Shown here in pieces: positions 14,211 through 27,969 of a stretch of 64,000 bases of DNA. The notes under the pieces were generated by a model. The model was given only the letters and a program-made list of their open reading frames with translations. It was not told the origin of the DNA and did not search any database. Origin of the DNA: Eledone cirrhosa (taxonomy: Eukaryota); the NCBI GenBank assembly GCA_964016885.1, contig OZ024742.1, positions 50,096,001 through 50,160,000 on the forward strand. Reading direction: 5' to 3'. Position 1 is the first letter of the stretch. Every line of letters starts with the position of its first letter. The position numbers were made by a program, and so were the translations under genes.

Positions 14211-15470
14211 AACGATAGGTCGGCTGAAACGTTCATGTGTTGACCAACATACTTTCATAGAATGCGAGCTATTCAGGTTTATTTTTCAATATAGTCTCTC
14301 TTTTGGTCTACATAATTCTGTCATTGGTGTTGCTTGCTCTATTCATGGATCCAATTGGTGAAGAAGCCTCCATCCTGTTGGTCGAAATGTCATTAGCAGT
14401 TATGACGCCAACATCAATGCAATACTGGTACCCAGCCAAGACATGTTTCATGTTGGGCAACATATGATAGTCAAATGGGAACAAAGTAGGAGAGAATAGG
14501 GAGGGTGATCAACCAGTTCTAAGCAACAGTCAAGCACAGCAGCCATTGAAACCAAGGACTTGTGTACTGGAGTATTGTGCTGAAGAAACAATACTTCTTT
14601 ACTCTGTTTTTTCTGGGCATGTGGTCTTCATAGAACTATCGTAACTTTCTGGGCAAGTTGCCATAGTACTTTCCATTGATAGTGAGGTTCCTTTGAAGAT
14701 AGGCAATAAACACAATGCCTTTTGCATCTCAAAAAGCTGAAGTCTTCGACGCAAATGAAACGACTGCGGCCTTCTTTGGAGCCCGTGAGGAGAGGTGTTT
14801 CCATTGCATGGATAGTCTCTTTGTCTCTGGCTCAAAGTGAGCAACCCAGCCCCCATCGCTGGTTGGGAAAAAAGGCAGGGAAACTAGCTGGTTCTGTCTT
14901 AAACAATTTAAGATTTCCCATGATTCAATAAGCTTGGTGCACTTTTAATTAGGTGTCAGAAAACGTGGCCCTCATCGGAAACAAACCTTCGTCATGCCAA
15001 GTTCATTGTGCAGAATATTCTCAACTTTCACACGGGGTATACTAATACCATAGGCTATTTGATTTATAGTCAATCGCGTATCATCCATCTCTATGTGGTA
15101 AACACGATGTGGTGAACACGAAATTTTCCTCGGCGGTGGCTTTTGCAGGACGTCCAGACAATGGGTCATCTTCACGACTCTCCTTTCTCCTCCTAGATTC
15201 AGCTACTCACTTTTACACTGACGATAAAGCTGGAGCGTCACACTCTAATTTAGCAACCATGTCAGCTGAATGGGGGCTAAACCCTTTTTTTGCAAATACT
15301 TGATAAGAGCACGATGTCAAATATTGCCCATTTTTAAGAACAGTTACATTTGAAGTTTTCTTTAAGTAATCAGATGACAGTTTAACTGAAACAAACACCC
15401 CAACACAAATAACAAGCTCTAGTATCACACTTCCATTGTTAGCCTCTGAAACTTTCAGCCCAACCTTGTA
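14211..15470 (-). mobile_element. Decayed full-length mariner (Tc1/mariner) DNA transposon, about 1.26 kb
   Basis: Transposase fragments KGFSP..ADMVAKLECDAPALSSV, EDDP.SGRP and ILHNELGMTKVC; degenerate TIRs AACGATAGGTCGGCTGAAACGTT (14211) and AACTTTCAGCCCAACCTTGTA (about 15449-15469) followed by TA. Confidence 0.8.
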
Positions 15471-15650
15471 TAAACGTAGTACATCATCTCTCCACTCACC
15501 TCTAATCTCTCTCCTTCTCTCTCACACTCTCTCGCTCTCTCTTTCCTTCTCTCTCCCTCCCTCCGTCTCTTTCTCTTTATGTGTATATATATATATATAT
15601 ATATCATATTCAAATATCCAGGTCATATAGTTAGGGACAAGTGCGAAGGA

Positions 15651-15712
15651 TTCTTCTTCTTCTTCTTCTTCTTCTTCTTCTTCTTCTTCTTCTTCTTCTT
15701 CTTCTTCTTCTT
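15651..15712. repeat. (TTC)n microsatellite
   Basis: Direct. Confidence 0.95.
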
Positions 15713-16639
15713 GTGGTTGCTGTTGTTACATTTACCAAATTAGTTATTTATATGGTGCATAGACATATAATCCCACGAAACAAATTCATTAAGAGGTGAG
15801 CTAATAACATAATATATAGATAGTTGTGCTTCCTTCTATTATTGTTAATGTTAGTGTTGTTATCATTGCCGTGGGTTCATTTTTTCAAATTCCAGCTGTA
15901 GATATTCTAGTTTCAGCAGCTGCTCTTTGCTAATACAGTAAACATTGTTATCAATCCTTTTATTGACATCTGGTAATGTTTCATTCACTTTCTTATTGCT
16001 TCTGATTATATTTTTGAAGTAGATGTTGTTACTATTGTTGGGGCAATTGCTCTTGTCACTTCAGTGACTAGGATAACTACATTTGCTGCTGCTACAGCTA
16101 TTTTCATATCCATTCGTTATGTTTGCCGTATCTTTATCTTAATAATATTCTCACCTAGGGCGATTTCCTAATCTATACACCTATTGTTGTTGTCAATGTT
16201 ACTGTCAATATTGTCGATACTATTCCCCAAACTGTTGCAGAATTATTTTTTTAGTTATTATTCCTGTTGCAATATATTTATTCCTTAACATCATCCACGT
16301 TCCATGTTGCAGCAATAATTGCATATTTCTTTCAGCTATTAATATCTGCCCTTCTTCTGAAAATCAAATCTCATATTCATTTTCAACAATAATTATCCAT
16401 TAATTCCACATAGCTAGGTTTTAAAGAAATTTATACCTGAAACCTATTCTTACACAACATCTGCTAATCAACCACAATATGCTACAAAACAGAGACATTT
16501 CTTAGAAGCAAATACAGCTTTGTTTCAGTAATGGGCATATTGCAAAGTTTTAGTGGTTATTTTTTTCAGTACGATGGTGGTGGCCATGGCATTTACAAGA
16601 TTGTTACTGGTGTTAAGTCCTGGGTCAAATTTGATCATA

Positions 16640-16712
16640 TCTAGAAACATACAATCTGGAAACATACAATCTGGAAACATACAATCAAATACACTCTGGA
16701 AACATACAATCA
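16640..16712. repeat. 15-bp minisatellite TCTGGAAACATACAA, about 4 copies
   Basis: Direct. Confidence 0.85.
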
Positions 16713-16909
16713 AATTGATTCCTCGTTTTAAAATAAGTAGCTTGGGATTTAAGAGATAATTGACTGTTACTTTTTGTACATCAAAATGTCAATTCTCTAA
16801 ATTCGAAATGTTTTGCTGATTAGTGTGATAGATGACATATGTGATTATCTGGAATATGTGTACAGAATATTGCAAGGAAAGGATAAAAGCATGAGGGGTC
16901 TAAGCTGCA

Positions 16910-17960
16910 ATTCCACACTACAGCCACAGATCCCACCCTACGAAATCATGATCATCCTGACAGACGCCTATGTAACCATCTCTTCTGCCGGCAGACTCCC
17001 TCCAACCGATCCACTCCGGGCTCAGCTCATTGGCACCACGTTCGCCGGCTCATACACCAATGACAACGGTAAGCGATTGATGGTCCTATTACGCTACAAC
17101 AATCATATATAAGCAGATCTGCTTCCCCTGCAAACTCATCCAATTGGTACAGACCGGACGGCAAATATCGCTTCAATCGCCTACATCATCGTCTGGACAT
17201 AATGTCACCAACTGTCAGATCTACATATGAGCACAACTTGGCAATACTAACTAGCAATTTCTGGCTGTGAACCTCAAGTTTAAGTTGCGAGCCGACACTG
17301 CCGCACAGTACCTGTCACACCTTCTCCCCTTCTGTCCCATGAACCCAACATCTCTATTCGATTGTTCTATCGCCAATCACTTCGGCATCCTGACCAAGGC
17401 CGAAAGCGACAAGTGGGTGAACTTCAAATGAAGAATCAGCCGGTTTGCAAGTCGTGAGAAACTCAAGACCACTTCGGAGTCGTCCCAGATTTCACTCCAG
17501 ACGCTTGAGTTAATCACCTGTCACTGTGAAGCTCACCTGCATGGCTACATATATGTGTACCGGCAGCTCAATCGGATACGCAATAAGACCTTCACTTTTG
17601 ATCGGGAAATATTTTGGACGGAAGAAGCTGAGCAGCTGGAAGTAGCCTCTAGGGACAATAACCTCAGACATCTGTTCAAGATGTTCCGGGGACTTTGCGT
17701 TGGTCCCTACATGAAGACAGTTCTGGTGAAGTTTATCAATAGGAACGTCATCTCAACTTAAACCACCCGCCTCCAACGCTGTAAGGAGCACTAAAACCTT
17801 CTTCAACCTAACAATCACAGCAGGCTCAGTCAGAACCAACGACAATTGAACACTTGATCCTGTCAACCTGTCAGTGGCGCCCTAAACAATCTCAACAAGT
17901 ACAAAGCCCATGGTATCTGGACAGTCACCGCAGAGAGGTTGAATACGGGCCTACATATTA
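16910..17960 (+). mobile_element. Decayed RTE-type LINE fragment (APE endonuclease to start of RT)
   Basis: IPPYEIMIILTD..IG..TNDNGKRL, WY.PDG, WTEEAEQLEVA...NNLRHLF, and a KA(P)G-like motif near 17905. Confidence 0.6.
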
Positions 17961-18101
17961 AAACATATCTTAGGAGCTTCCGAATCCAGAGTTTGGTTCG
18001 ATCATTAATAGATCATTCCTCGTGCTGATCGGCAGTGAAACATCTAATATGTACTTAAATATGTATATGATTCAACACTGATTCTTTGCTCCCCTATATA
18101 T

Positions 18102-18196
<95 letters not shown>

Positions 18197-18853
18197 ACAA
18201 AGGAATTGTGGTAAGGAACCAGATGGACCATAACGCACCAGGGTACTAAATACTTAGGGTAGTAGAGTGAGAAATATGAAAAAGTATGGCCTCGACGGCA
18301 GAACTCAAGCTATTTCGACGGCTATTTCTGGACTAAATTAGAATTTAAGGATAGTGTATGAAGTGGAGGAGGGAGGTTATAGAATATGTAAATCGAATGA
18401 GAGTAGGAAACAATGAAATATACTAGAAGGAAAGAAAAAATATATAAAATTAGATAGTGAGAAATGAATTTAAAAAGGCACAATGCTATCTTGCAATTAC
18501 AGGTTAATAAGTTGAGAATAGAAAAAACTTGTACAAATTACAAAACTGATACAAAATTAAAGGGGTTTAACACATTTGCTATAAGTAGTTAGTGAAACGT
18601 ATTCGGCCAATTCTAGTTTAAAATTACAGGGGTGGGGGAACTGATGCTACAGAGGCCCGATGGGCCCCGTCGGGGTAGGCGAAAGGGGAAAAGCAGTCGA
18701 GGAAGAAAATACGGGGTGGAAGGAAGTGATAGGATGAGACAGGGGGAAGAAGAAGACAGAGAGGAAAAGAAAAGATATGCAACTGGTGTTTCCCCTAACT
18801 TATTCGGCAACATTTATCTACCCAGCTGGGTCGTTATGGGGTTTGAGGGCGAG

Positions 18854-19471
18854 CTAAGTCCTACGCAATCTGTGTTTGCATGCGGTTACCAGTTCGTCTT
18901 TCTTGTTTAGAAGTTGGTCCTTCGAAAACAGCATTGGTAATGTTTCCTCCCAGCATAATTTACACGGACGGTGTCCGCCTGTGTAGGAGTTAGCTCTGGA
19001 CAGTAAGTTCCAAGTGAGATTGTAGGTTATATTATTATCTTGGAGGTCCCAGATGTGGCCCGAAAGTGTAGTGGCATGTCGCTGGACCTGGTTTCGGAAA
19101 GTACGTCGATGCTGATAGAGCCGCGTCTTGAAGTCACACGCGGTTAATCCTATATAAGCTTTGTAGGAGGTGTCCGTCCTCACGTTGCACTGGTATATCA
19201 CGTTAAGTTCTCGGCATCTGTTGTTGAGGCGGCACGTAGATCTATCAGGGCAGTTACACCTCCTGGTCGGCTCTCCACTGATATCTAGATTATTTCTTCC
19301 ATAGGGGTTGAGTTTTTTGTTGTTTGAGGAGACGATGTTTTGTGCGAAGTTAGGTATGGTGCTATAGGAGAGTTTGATGGTGTTTTTGTTGATTATGTTG
19401 TGGTAGCGGTGTTGTAGTGGGAAGTGGTTTTCGAGGAGTCTAAGGAGGATTTTCCCGATAGGTGTTGCCAC
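18854..19471 (-). pseudogene. PLE linker plus GIY-YIG endonuclease (Naiad-like)
   Basis: CNC..TCRL..RC..VIYQC..AYIGLT..FKTRLYQH..TTLSGHIW..CKLCWEE..LLNKKDEL..CKHR. Confidence 0.85.
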
Positions 19472-19645
19472 CTCGGCATTATGGGGAGGATTGAACGACG
19501 TTACGTTGCGTCAGCGGCGGTGTCGCCTGCTGGTTCCACTAAGGGAGACTGGATAAAAGGATATTTCCTCCCGAAAACCACTCGGGTTAGGGACGTTTGT
19601 AGGGTGATTTTAAATCCCCAGTCCCGAGAGAAGTTGATTAGTTGT

Positions 19646-19990
19646 TTACGGACCCGGTTGTACTACTGGGGTTGTACCCTTGAGGGTGAGGAGCCCATCA
19701 TCCCGGTACAATCTACCGCCGAATGCAGGAAACATTTCTGTGAGTTTAAATAGTAGGAATAATCCTATACGATCTGTGACCTTAGCCAAATCCGTCGCGC
19801 CAAAACTGACCTCGAAGGAGGAGTCGGGAGCTCTCTTTATCCACTTGGAGTTGTCGAAAAGTAGGACTGTGTTCCTGGCGTGGAGAATGATATTTATTTC
19901 CTGGTCAGTGATGGGTGTGAGTTTTTCGGCAAAGTCCAAGGCGCGGTAATGTAATAGATGCATTGTAACTCTCTATGTCAAACTGGATGG
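19646..19990 (-). pseudogene. PLE reverse transcriptase fragment
   Basis: FEVSFGATDLAKVTDRIGLFLL..GGRLYRDDGL (Naiad-type FDVTMGS.D.A / LYRDD motifs). Confidence 0.8.
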
Positions 19991-20770
19991 AGTTTGTGTC
20001 TCGTTTGTTCATAAATTACACGGACGGCTTCCTCCTGTGTAGGAGTTAGCTCTGGACAGTAAGCTCCATATGATATTGTAGGGTGGGTAGACAAGGGCTG
20101 ATACCCCCCCCCCCACACACTTGCAAAATAAGTTAGGGGAAACCCCAGCTTACATAGGTAGTTGCACCTCTTTTTTTTCCACTTTGTCTTCTTCTTCCCC
20201 CTGTCTCATCCTATCACCTCCTTTCACCCCCTATTTTCTTCCTCGTCTGCTTTTCCCCTTTCGCCTATCCCGATGCAGCCCATCGGGCCTCTGTAGCATC
20301 AGTTCCCCCACCCCTGTAATTTTAAGATAGAATTGGCCGAATACGTTTCACTAACTATATATAGCAAATGTTTTAAACCCCTTTAATTTTGTATCAGTTT
20401 TGTAATTTCTACAAGTTTTTTCTATTTTCAAATTATTAACCTGTAATTGTAAGATAGCATTGGGATTTTTTTTATTCATTTCTCACTATCTAATTTTATA
20501 TATTTTTTTCTTTCTTTCTAGTATATTTTATTGTCTCCTACTCTCATATCGAATTACCTATTCTATAACCTCCCTCCTCCACTTCATACACTATCCTTAG
20601 ATTCTGCTGTATACATATTACCTTCAGCGATTGACCGCTCCACTCACTCCCCTACTGTTCTACAGGCAGGTTCAGCCACCCCTACCTCCCACCAAATGCC
20701 ATGATAGACTTATTTGTGTTTACAACAAATTTTAACCAATCATCTTGACAACTACAATCTTCCCATATAA

Positions 20771-20874
20771 GGAAGTACCCCCTTGACATGTTCGGCTATT
20801 TATTCACCATTCTAATTTAGTCCAGAAATAGCCGTCGAAACGGCTTTAGCTCTGCCGTCGGGGTCATACTTTTT

Positions 20875-20876
<2 letters not shown>
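20771..20876 (+). ncRNA. Type I hammerhead ribozyme-like motif (degenerate core UUGACAU)
   Basis: CCCC/GGGG stem I, CGGCUAUUU/AAAUAGCCG stem II, GAAACGGC..GCCGUC stem III, GUC ending at 20859. Confidence 0.55.
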
Positions 20877-20926
<50 letters not shown>

Positions 20927-21212
20927 TATATATATCAGCAAAGTAATATTATTTTCTAATTAATCAAAGCTCAAGAGTGCAATATTTTACTGAATGCAAA
21001 GAGGAATTATTTTTATAAGTATACAAAAATATATTATTTGTCACATAATATCTCATTAGTTTATCCTATATTTGTTTCTCTTTATTTCGTAATTAGAATG
21101 ATACGATACCGTTGTTGTTCTAAAGTATCTATAATTTTATTAATCTGCAAATGAAACGTATCACTTCACACCAAAGCATCCTAAAACCGTTTCTTATTAT
21201 AGCTCCATATCC

Positions 21213-21446
21213 TGTTTGTAAAGTATTATATAACTGTATAATTCAAAAATAATCATAAGTGGAAGATGTTGGTACAAAGTAAATATTTGGATTGCTTGCC
21301 TAATGTTCGTTCTACTTCACTGCTTCATGATGTTCGTTCTGATCCCTGGATTGCATCGACCTGCTTATCAATGATTCCTGGTCCTTCGTCCGATTATCTC
21401 GGACAAATGACTATTCAGAATATACATACAGACATACAGATAGATA
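21213..21446 (+). repeat. Left copy of a 234-bp direct duplication flanking the Tx1-type LINE
   Basis: Near-identical to 25436-25669 (offset 4223; a handful of substitutions). Confidence 0.9.
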
Positions 21447-21448
21447 GA

Positions 21449-24400
21449 TTTTTTTATTAGTCACAAGGGCGCAACAAGAAAAGGGGACAATACAAAGACA
21501 TGCCGGGAATTTTACATACAGTCGTGTAAAAAATATAAAAAAAAACAATTACAGCAATCGAAATCCCCAATAGGGGGGAAGCGCCACAAATGGGTTGTTT
21601 AATACCCCGTCGATAGAACAACCCTCAACTCCAGGAGCGTGTTGTGCAAGTGCTCCTTTCTTCCTTTTGCTCTCTTCCTCAACCTACAGGCTTATAAACA
21701 GAGAAGGCCCAATCACTCGGGCCATTTTCGCTACATTCACCCACCTTTCAGTAAATTTACTGGGGTGCAGTGCCTCCTTTCCATCCTGATTCTCCTTCTA
21801 AAGTGATACTTAAAGAAGGGAAACAATTGTTGTCCGGAGAGAAAGGCATCTGTCCTCAGTCCTCTCAACCTCGTCCACCATATAACTTCTTTCACCATAG
21901 CCACTGTACTCAGGAAAACCGCCTCTCTTTCGTTTTTGAAAGAGGCTAGCGGTTTGATCCTTACTATGGACTCGGCAGTCAACTGGATTTGTCCCATACG
22001 CGACAGCAGTTGTTCTGCATAGTTCCACAGGTCGGTTACGCCCGGGCAGTGTACAATTGCGTGCAGAACTGTTTCAATGTCCTGCGCACATCTTGGACAC
22101 GTCCTCTTGGAAGGATCCCTGCCGGGCCGTCCGTGCCTGTAGATCGTGTCACGAACCGGTAGAGCTCCTCGGTAGCACTGCCAGGCCAGTGACCTCTGGA
22201 AGTTGTCCGTAGGTCACGGGCGGAAAGTCCTACCAAACAGACTGGTGAGCTCATCGTCTTCGACGCCCAGAGTCTCTCCGATCCCGTCGTCGCCCTTGTA
22301 ACGTACAATCCCTATATAAAATGTCGAAGTGGAGTCTCCACTGATTGCTGCGCCCGCTTGCCAGAGGACTGTGAGCACCTGAGCGCATTCAATGTGCCAG
22401 GCGCCCATCATTTTCGGTCTTTTCTTCACCCAGGACAGCAGCTCCGTTAGCGAGACGAGCTGTGGGGAAAGCCTGTCTCACAAACGGTGCCCACACCGGT
22501 TGGGGAGTCGGTGAGGAATGCTTGGATATGCCGCAGCCTCAGCGCATGTTTGCGCATCATCAGTCACGGTATTCCCAGCCCTCCGTTGGAAGGGTGCTGA
22601 CAGCAGACGGATCTCCTCACCAGTGGAGCCTGCTTCTTCCACAGAAACTGGAAGAGCATGCGTTCCATCTTGGTGAGGTGTTCACGGGAACAAGGCACAA
22701 CAGTCAAGCGGTAGTAGATGACGGACGCTATGAATGTGTTCGCCACCTCCGCTCGACCTTTCAAGGACAGATTGCACTCTGGTCACTTCTGAGTGAGTGC
22801 AAACACCTTGGCCATGACCTCGTTCGAGTTTTTCTCCACCTGGAGGTCTGGACCGAACCAGACCCCGAGCAATTTCACCGGTCCGTCCGTCTAGCGTCCA
22901 ACGACGCTGTCGGATGTCATCGGTTTGCCTCTCCACGTACCGAGTTGCAAACCGACAGACTTGTCTGGGTTTAGTTTTGCTCCCGTCAGCGTTTCGTATT
23001 CTTTCAGTAATTTGCCGATCACCCCAATTTCCGAGGTGCTCGACACCATTACCGTTAAGTCGTCAGCATAAGCCGAAGCCGCTTTGCGCAGTCCCGGTTC
23101 TAGGGGGATGCCCTGCAACAGCTCCAATTTCCGCAGTAGTGGCTCTAGAATCAATACATACAGAGTAAATACATCCGATAGGTAGCCGTTCACTTTGACC
23201 CTCGAGCAGATGCTGGTGTGCATCGCCTCGATCCATCCTCTGAACACGGGTCCGAAACCGGCTGCCTTGAGAACCGCTTCCAAGTATCGATGGTCGACCA
23301 TATCGAATGCCTTAGACTGATCCAAGTTGATCAGAGCCCCACCGAAGCCGGGTTTACTACCCACCCTCTCTATGATGTATCGCATGAGGTGAAGGTTGTC
23401 GTGTATGGACCTGGTCGGTATTGCACACGTTTGCGCTTTCCCTACCAGGTTCTCGACGACAAGCGCCAACCGCGTCGCTAGCACCTTGGCCAAAATCTTT
23501 AACTCTGTGTTGAGCAGAGTTATGGGCCTGAAGTTGTTAATTTCGTCCCCCTTGTTCTCGTCTTTCCTGATCAGCGTTACTACGCCCTTGCCTTCAGAAC
23601 TGGGAATTCTCCCGTTCTGCTGCCAATTGCGGTAGACGACTTCGAGGACGCCAGAGAATAAGTCCGGCATGCCTATGTAAAATTCGTAGGGTAGACCATC
23701 TAGACCGGGTGACTTGCGTTTCCCGCAGCGGCCCAGAGCGTCCCGTATCTCAGTGTCCGTGATCAATCTTTCGCAGAACTAGGCGTCCGTGTTCGAGAGA
23801 CGCGGCAGGCCGGCGAGGTATGAACTAAGGTCTATTGCCCCATTCGGCTCACCGTCGTTCTGCTCAAACAGTCGCGCAAAGTGCCGCTGAAAGGCCGCGC
23901 ACATTTGCTTGGGGTCAAGAAGCACGCGTCCGTTTTGGTCTTTCAAAGACCGAATCATGGACTTGTTGCTACTTTTGCCTCCGCCACTCGGGCCCAGCTG
24001 ACAGCTTTCACTCCTTGGTTTCCTAGCGCATGTGTTTTGCTTCTGACTACGCAGCCTTCGTGTTTCGCATCGAAGAACTGGTCTAGTGCCGTTCTCGACG
24101 CTAACACTCTAGCCGCGTTGCCACTTCTAAGTGCCTCCTCTACCTTGGCTACTAGTTCTCTTTCTATTCTGTTTTTCTCTAAGGCTAACTCTCTGCTATA
24201 TCCTATCGATTCTATTCTAATTGCTTTCTTGAGAGAGTACCACCATCTATTGTTGACGATGGCTCCCGTTAACTGTTGCTTGACTAGTCTACTTATCCGT
24301 TCACTGTAAACTTTACGTGCCGGCAACGACACGTTCAGCTTCCAGTATCCGGGACCCTGTCTATGTATTCTATCACGGTTGACTAAGCAGACGACTAACT

Positions 24401-25435
24401 TGTGATCTGAATAGGCAACCATGTGCATTCGTGGACAGCTTAACATCTCCTTGACCTTTCTCTAATGAAGAACCTATCTAAATACGATCTAGATGTCCCA
24501 CTGCGGTTTACCCACGTCCACTGTGGTGCAGTCGGGAAATCCTGTCGATACCTATCGGCCAGTTGGAATTGGCCGATTAAAGTTTTGAGGCTGTTGCACC
24601 CCGCTCTACTGGGACATGCTCCCACATAGTCCCGTCGTGCATCTCGGATACTATTCCAGTCCCCCACTAGATGTAAGGAGCGAGACGTTCCCAGAAAAGA
24701 CTCTAGACGCTTAAAGAAGTCTGGCCGTAATTGCGATTGCCCGGTCGGGGCATAAACGACCACCAGTCTGAAGGCTCCACCTCCGATACTGTTCACGTCT
24801 AGGACTACCAGTCTACCCTCCGGGTCCAAGTGTACTTGCTGTACTCCGACGTCCAGGTTCTTCCGAAACATAACAGCCACTCCACCTCCACCTCCTGGCT
24901 GACAGAGAGATGCGTAGATCTCAAAGTAGTCGAAGATGGGGGTTAGTTGCTGCCTGTTGTGGATCCTGGACTCGGTGATGGCTATCACATCCATACTGTG
25001 TGACCTAAGGTCGTTTGAAAGTTGGCCCTGTTTCCAGGGCATAACCTAGGCCACGCACATTCACGGTTCCAACTCGTAAACTAGCCATGTTGGTGAAGAA
25101 AAGTTGGAGAAAACGGACGAAAGGTGCACTTACCTTTTCGTTTCCTGGAGATCGGGTTGTTCAATCTCCATTTGGGTGCATGATGGGGTGTTGGGTGGGG
25201 TGGGAAACATTTTAACAGGACGCGGTTGATGGGTTTGTGGCAGGAGTTGCCCACGTCCTGTGAACATTTAATTTTTAGGTCTTTATAGGTTTCCATAGAA
25301 ACCCTTATAAGTTTAAGGTGTGGAGACGATTCTGCCTTGACGAAAGTTTTGCCCTCCGTCTCCACCTTGGGGTTTTGGGAGATGACCTCCATCAAACTCT
25401 TGTTGTTTGTGTTGATGTATGCGTATTGTTGTTTG
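21449..25435 (-). mobile_element. Tx1/L1-type LINE, 5'-truncated (end of ORF1 plus frameshifted ORF2)
   Basis: APE endonuclease 24440-25080 (DVIAITES, GGGVA, VYAP, GDWN, SYLDRFF); GPGYWKLN; RT 22891-23766 (KSPGLDGLPYEFY, NFRPITLLN, DQSKAFD, AYADD); CCHC CPRCAQDIETVLHAIVHC at about 22027-22080; AATAAA plus short A-tail at about 21449-21458. Confidence 0.92.
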
Positions 25436-25669
25436 TGTTTGTAAAGTATTATATAACTGTATAATTCAAAAATAATCATAAGAGGATGATGTTGGTACAA
25501 AGTAAATATTTGGATTGCTTGCCTAATGTTCGTTCTACTTCACTGCTTCATGATGTTCGTTCTGATCCCTGGATTGCATCGACCTGTTTATCAATAATTC
25601 CTGGTCCTTCGTCCGATTATCTCGGACAAATGACTATTCTGAATAGACATACAGACATACAGATAGATA
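25436..25669 (+). repeat. Right copy of the 234-bp direct duplication
   Basis: See 21213-21446. Confidence 0.9.
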
Positions 25670-26522
25670 AATAGATCGATAGATTTCTTTATTGTATATA
25701 CCATCATCTTCTATATATCTTCCTCTATTTATATTTCTATCTATAATAATTTCTCCTTTTCTTCTTCTTTCTCTTTTTCGTTTTACTTCTTCTTCTTTCA
25801 CCTTGCTTTCCTTTCTTTCATTACTGTATCTATCTCCCTTTCTTCCTCCTTTTATCTGTATATCGTTAATATTAATATTATTATTGATGATGTAATTTGA
25901 ATTTGTAAATTTGTCGACAAAAAATGTTCTTTTGTCGACATATATCGGCGACTAAATTTGTGAACATTAGACCAGCTTAATTGCATCTTATCTATTCCAT
26001 AACTCAGATTGTACCACTTGTATCTATTATGATATCACATTATCAACATCATCATCATTATAATTGTAATTATAATTATAATTGTCATCATCTATCAAAG
26101 AACAACATCAAAACCTCTTATATTTACATTCTTATTATATATATCTCTATTTTTCCCTCTTTATCTTAATATTTCTCTCCCTAAATTTATTTCATCTCTG
26201 ACATTTTATTTTATCATATAATATAACTTAAAACTACTTAATATATATATATATATATTAATAAAAGGAATTCCAACTTTGTCTGATTTACTACTTTTAT
26301 TTACAATCCTTTAAAATTATGATGATATTATAATGAAATAGTATGGTAGAATATTAAATGTCAAGTCTTAATTGAACAAGTACTTTCATGATTTTGCAAT
26401 CTTCAGGTTTATACACTGTGGTGACAGTCAAATTTTCAATTTTCAATATACATATAGGTAGATAGATAGATAAATAGATGGATAGATAGGCAGATAGATT
26501 GACAGATAGCTTATTACCTAGC

Positions 26523-26555
<33 letters not shown>

Positions 26556-26593
26556 AAACGACAAATTAGTGATGCATCTGAACTCAATTTATT

Positions 26594-26684
26594 GTGTGTT
26601 ACATTTGTTTCGCCGGCAGACAGCTTGAGACACGATCATTGTGTGGATCTGTCTGATTCTGGATCTGCAGGTTCTTCAGACACT
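26594..26684 (-). ncRNA. Minimal type I hammerhead ribozyme motif in a PLE pLTR fragment
   Basis: Minus strand: GUGU-CUGAAGA-[A CC U GCAGA..UCUGC C GG C]-GAAAC-AAAU-GUA-ACAC; sister copy on + at about 36835-36923 with palindromic ACAAUUGU stem III but core CCGAAGA. Confidence 0.6.
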
Positions 26685-27420
26685 TCTAATAACTTCGGAG
26701 CAAATTTTCTCACTGGGGTGTTAACGTAAAAAAACATCCTCTTCGCTTGTCCTGTTGTTGTTTTTCTACGTCATCATACATTTTGACCAACAGGTACTGT
26801 CAAATTGACCATCAGCTGTCTTTCTTCCTGCCACACTTCAATGAATACCTGATAGGTTTGGTAGTTCACACGTCCACGCGCGTACTCACACACCCACATA
26901 CACGCACACAATCATATAAATAACAACATCTGTCCGAATATACTCCAGCTATACATACGCACCCAAAGAGAACCCATCAAATTATAAACATGCGCGTCTA
27001 CAGACATGTGCCTACAAGCCCACGTACATCAACTCACACACAAACACACGCACACGCACACGTACATACACACAAGTGTCCACATATACAGGCACAAAAA
27101 CAGACTCGCTCGCAAACACACATATAGGTATATATATATATATATATACATATATATACACACAAACAAGCCCTTACCCTACAGTGGGTGCACGTACACA
27201 CTAGCTCATATACACTCTTACAAATATGCGCTTATTATCTGCAGACCCATGCACGTCTACAAAGATACATACACACATACATACGTCTATACACAAATAT
27301 GATATACACACAAAGTCATATAAAGCTACACAATGGGTCATACAAACGTCATATATGAAAGGATGCATCTTGTTATACACATGCACAAATATAAAAATAT
27401 AACCATATACATACATCCAT

Positions 27421-27477
<57 letters not shown>

Positions 27478-27487
27478 CACACACACA

Positions 27488-27519
<32 letters not shown>

Positions 27520-27607
27520 CGTAGAAGTTCTATTTAAATTGTTGGTATACAACAAGCAAATATTTTTATAACTGATATAAAGCACTCAACAATTTGTTTG
27601 AGTAAAA

Positions 27608-27969
27608 ACGATATATTAACAAATGGAAACTATATTTATAAAACCATATTTATTTCATTATACATATTTCAAGGACACCAAGTCAAATTATGGTGTGCTT
27701 TCATCAGATAAAATATAATATAGATCAGTTTCATAAATAAATATTGACATACCTTTAAATAATGCGACCATTTCTGTTGGAAGCTTCCGGGAGCTCCCAA
27801 CAGAAATAGTCGCATTATTTAAGGGTATGTCAATATTTATTTATAAAACTGATCTATATTATATTTTATCTGATGAAAGCACACCATAATTTGACTTGGT
27901 GTCCTTGAAATATATATAATGAAATAAATATGGTTTTATAAATATAGTTTCCATTTGTTAATATATCGT
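27608..27969. repeat. 362-bp spacerless palindrome (fold-back pLTR)
   Basis: Arms mirror about CCGG at 27787-27790 with about 6 transition mismatches; CTGATGA..GAAA at 27870-27910. Confidence 0.9.

Larger units (their letters stand above)
18196..20878 (-). mobile_element. 5'-truncated Naiad-like Penelope element with inverted pLTRs, inserted in TA/TG repeats
   Basis: RT and GIY-YIG fragments in the middle; inverted arms about 18340-18800 vs 20130-20605 and 18275-18345 vs 20810-20875. Confidence 0.85.

Noticed and set aside
16640-16712. Regular short repeats (also 52165-52270) as a CRISPR-like array
   Set aside because: Head-to-tail minisatellites without unique spacers, in a eukaryotic context with no cas genes
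18854-19471. Selenocysteine (in-frame TGA) use, as reported for some Naiad PLEs; also checked 63590-63980
   Set aside because: The conserved Cys positions I could read are normal Cys codons; no TGA at those sites
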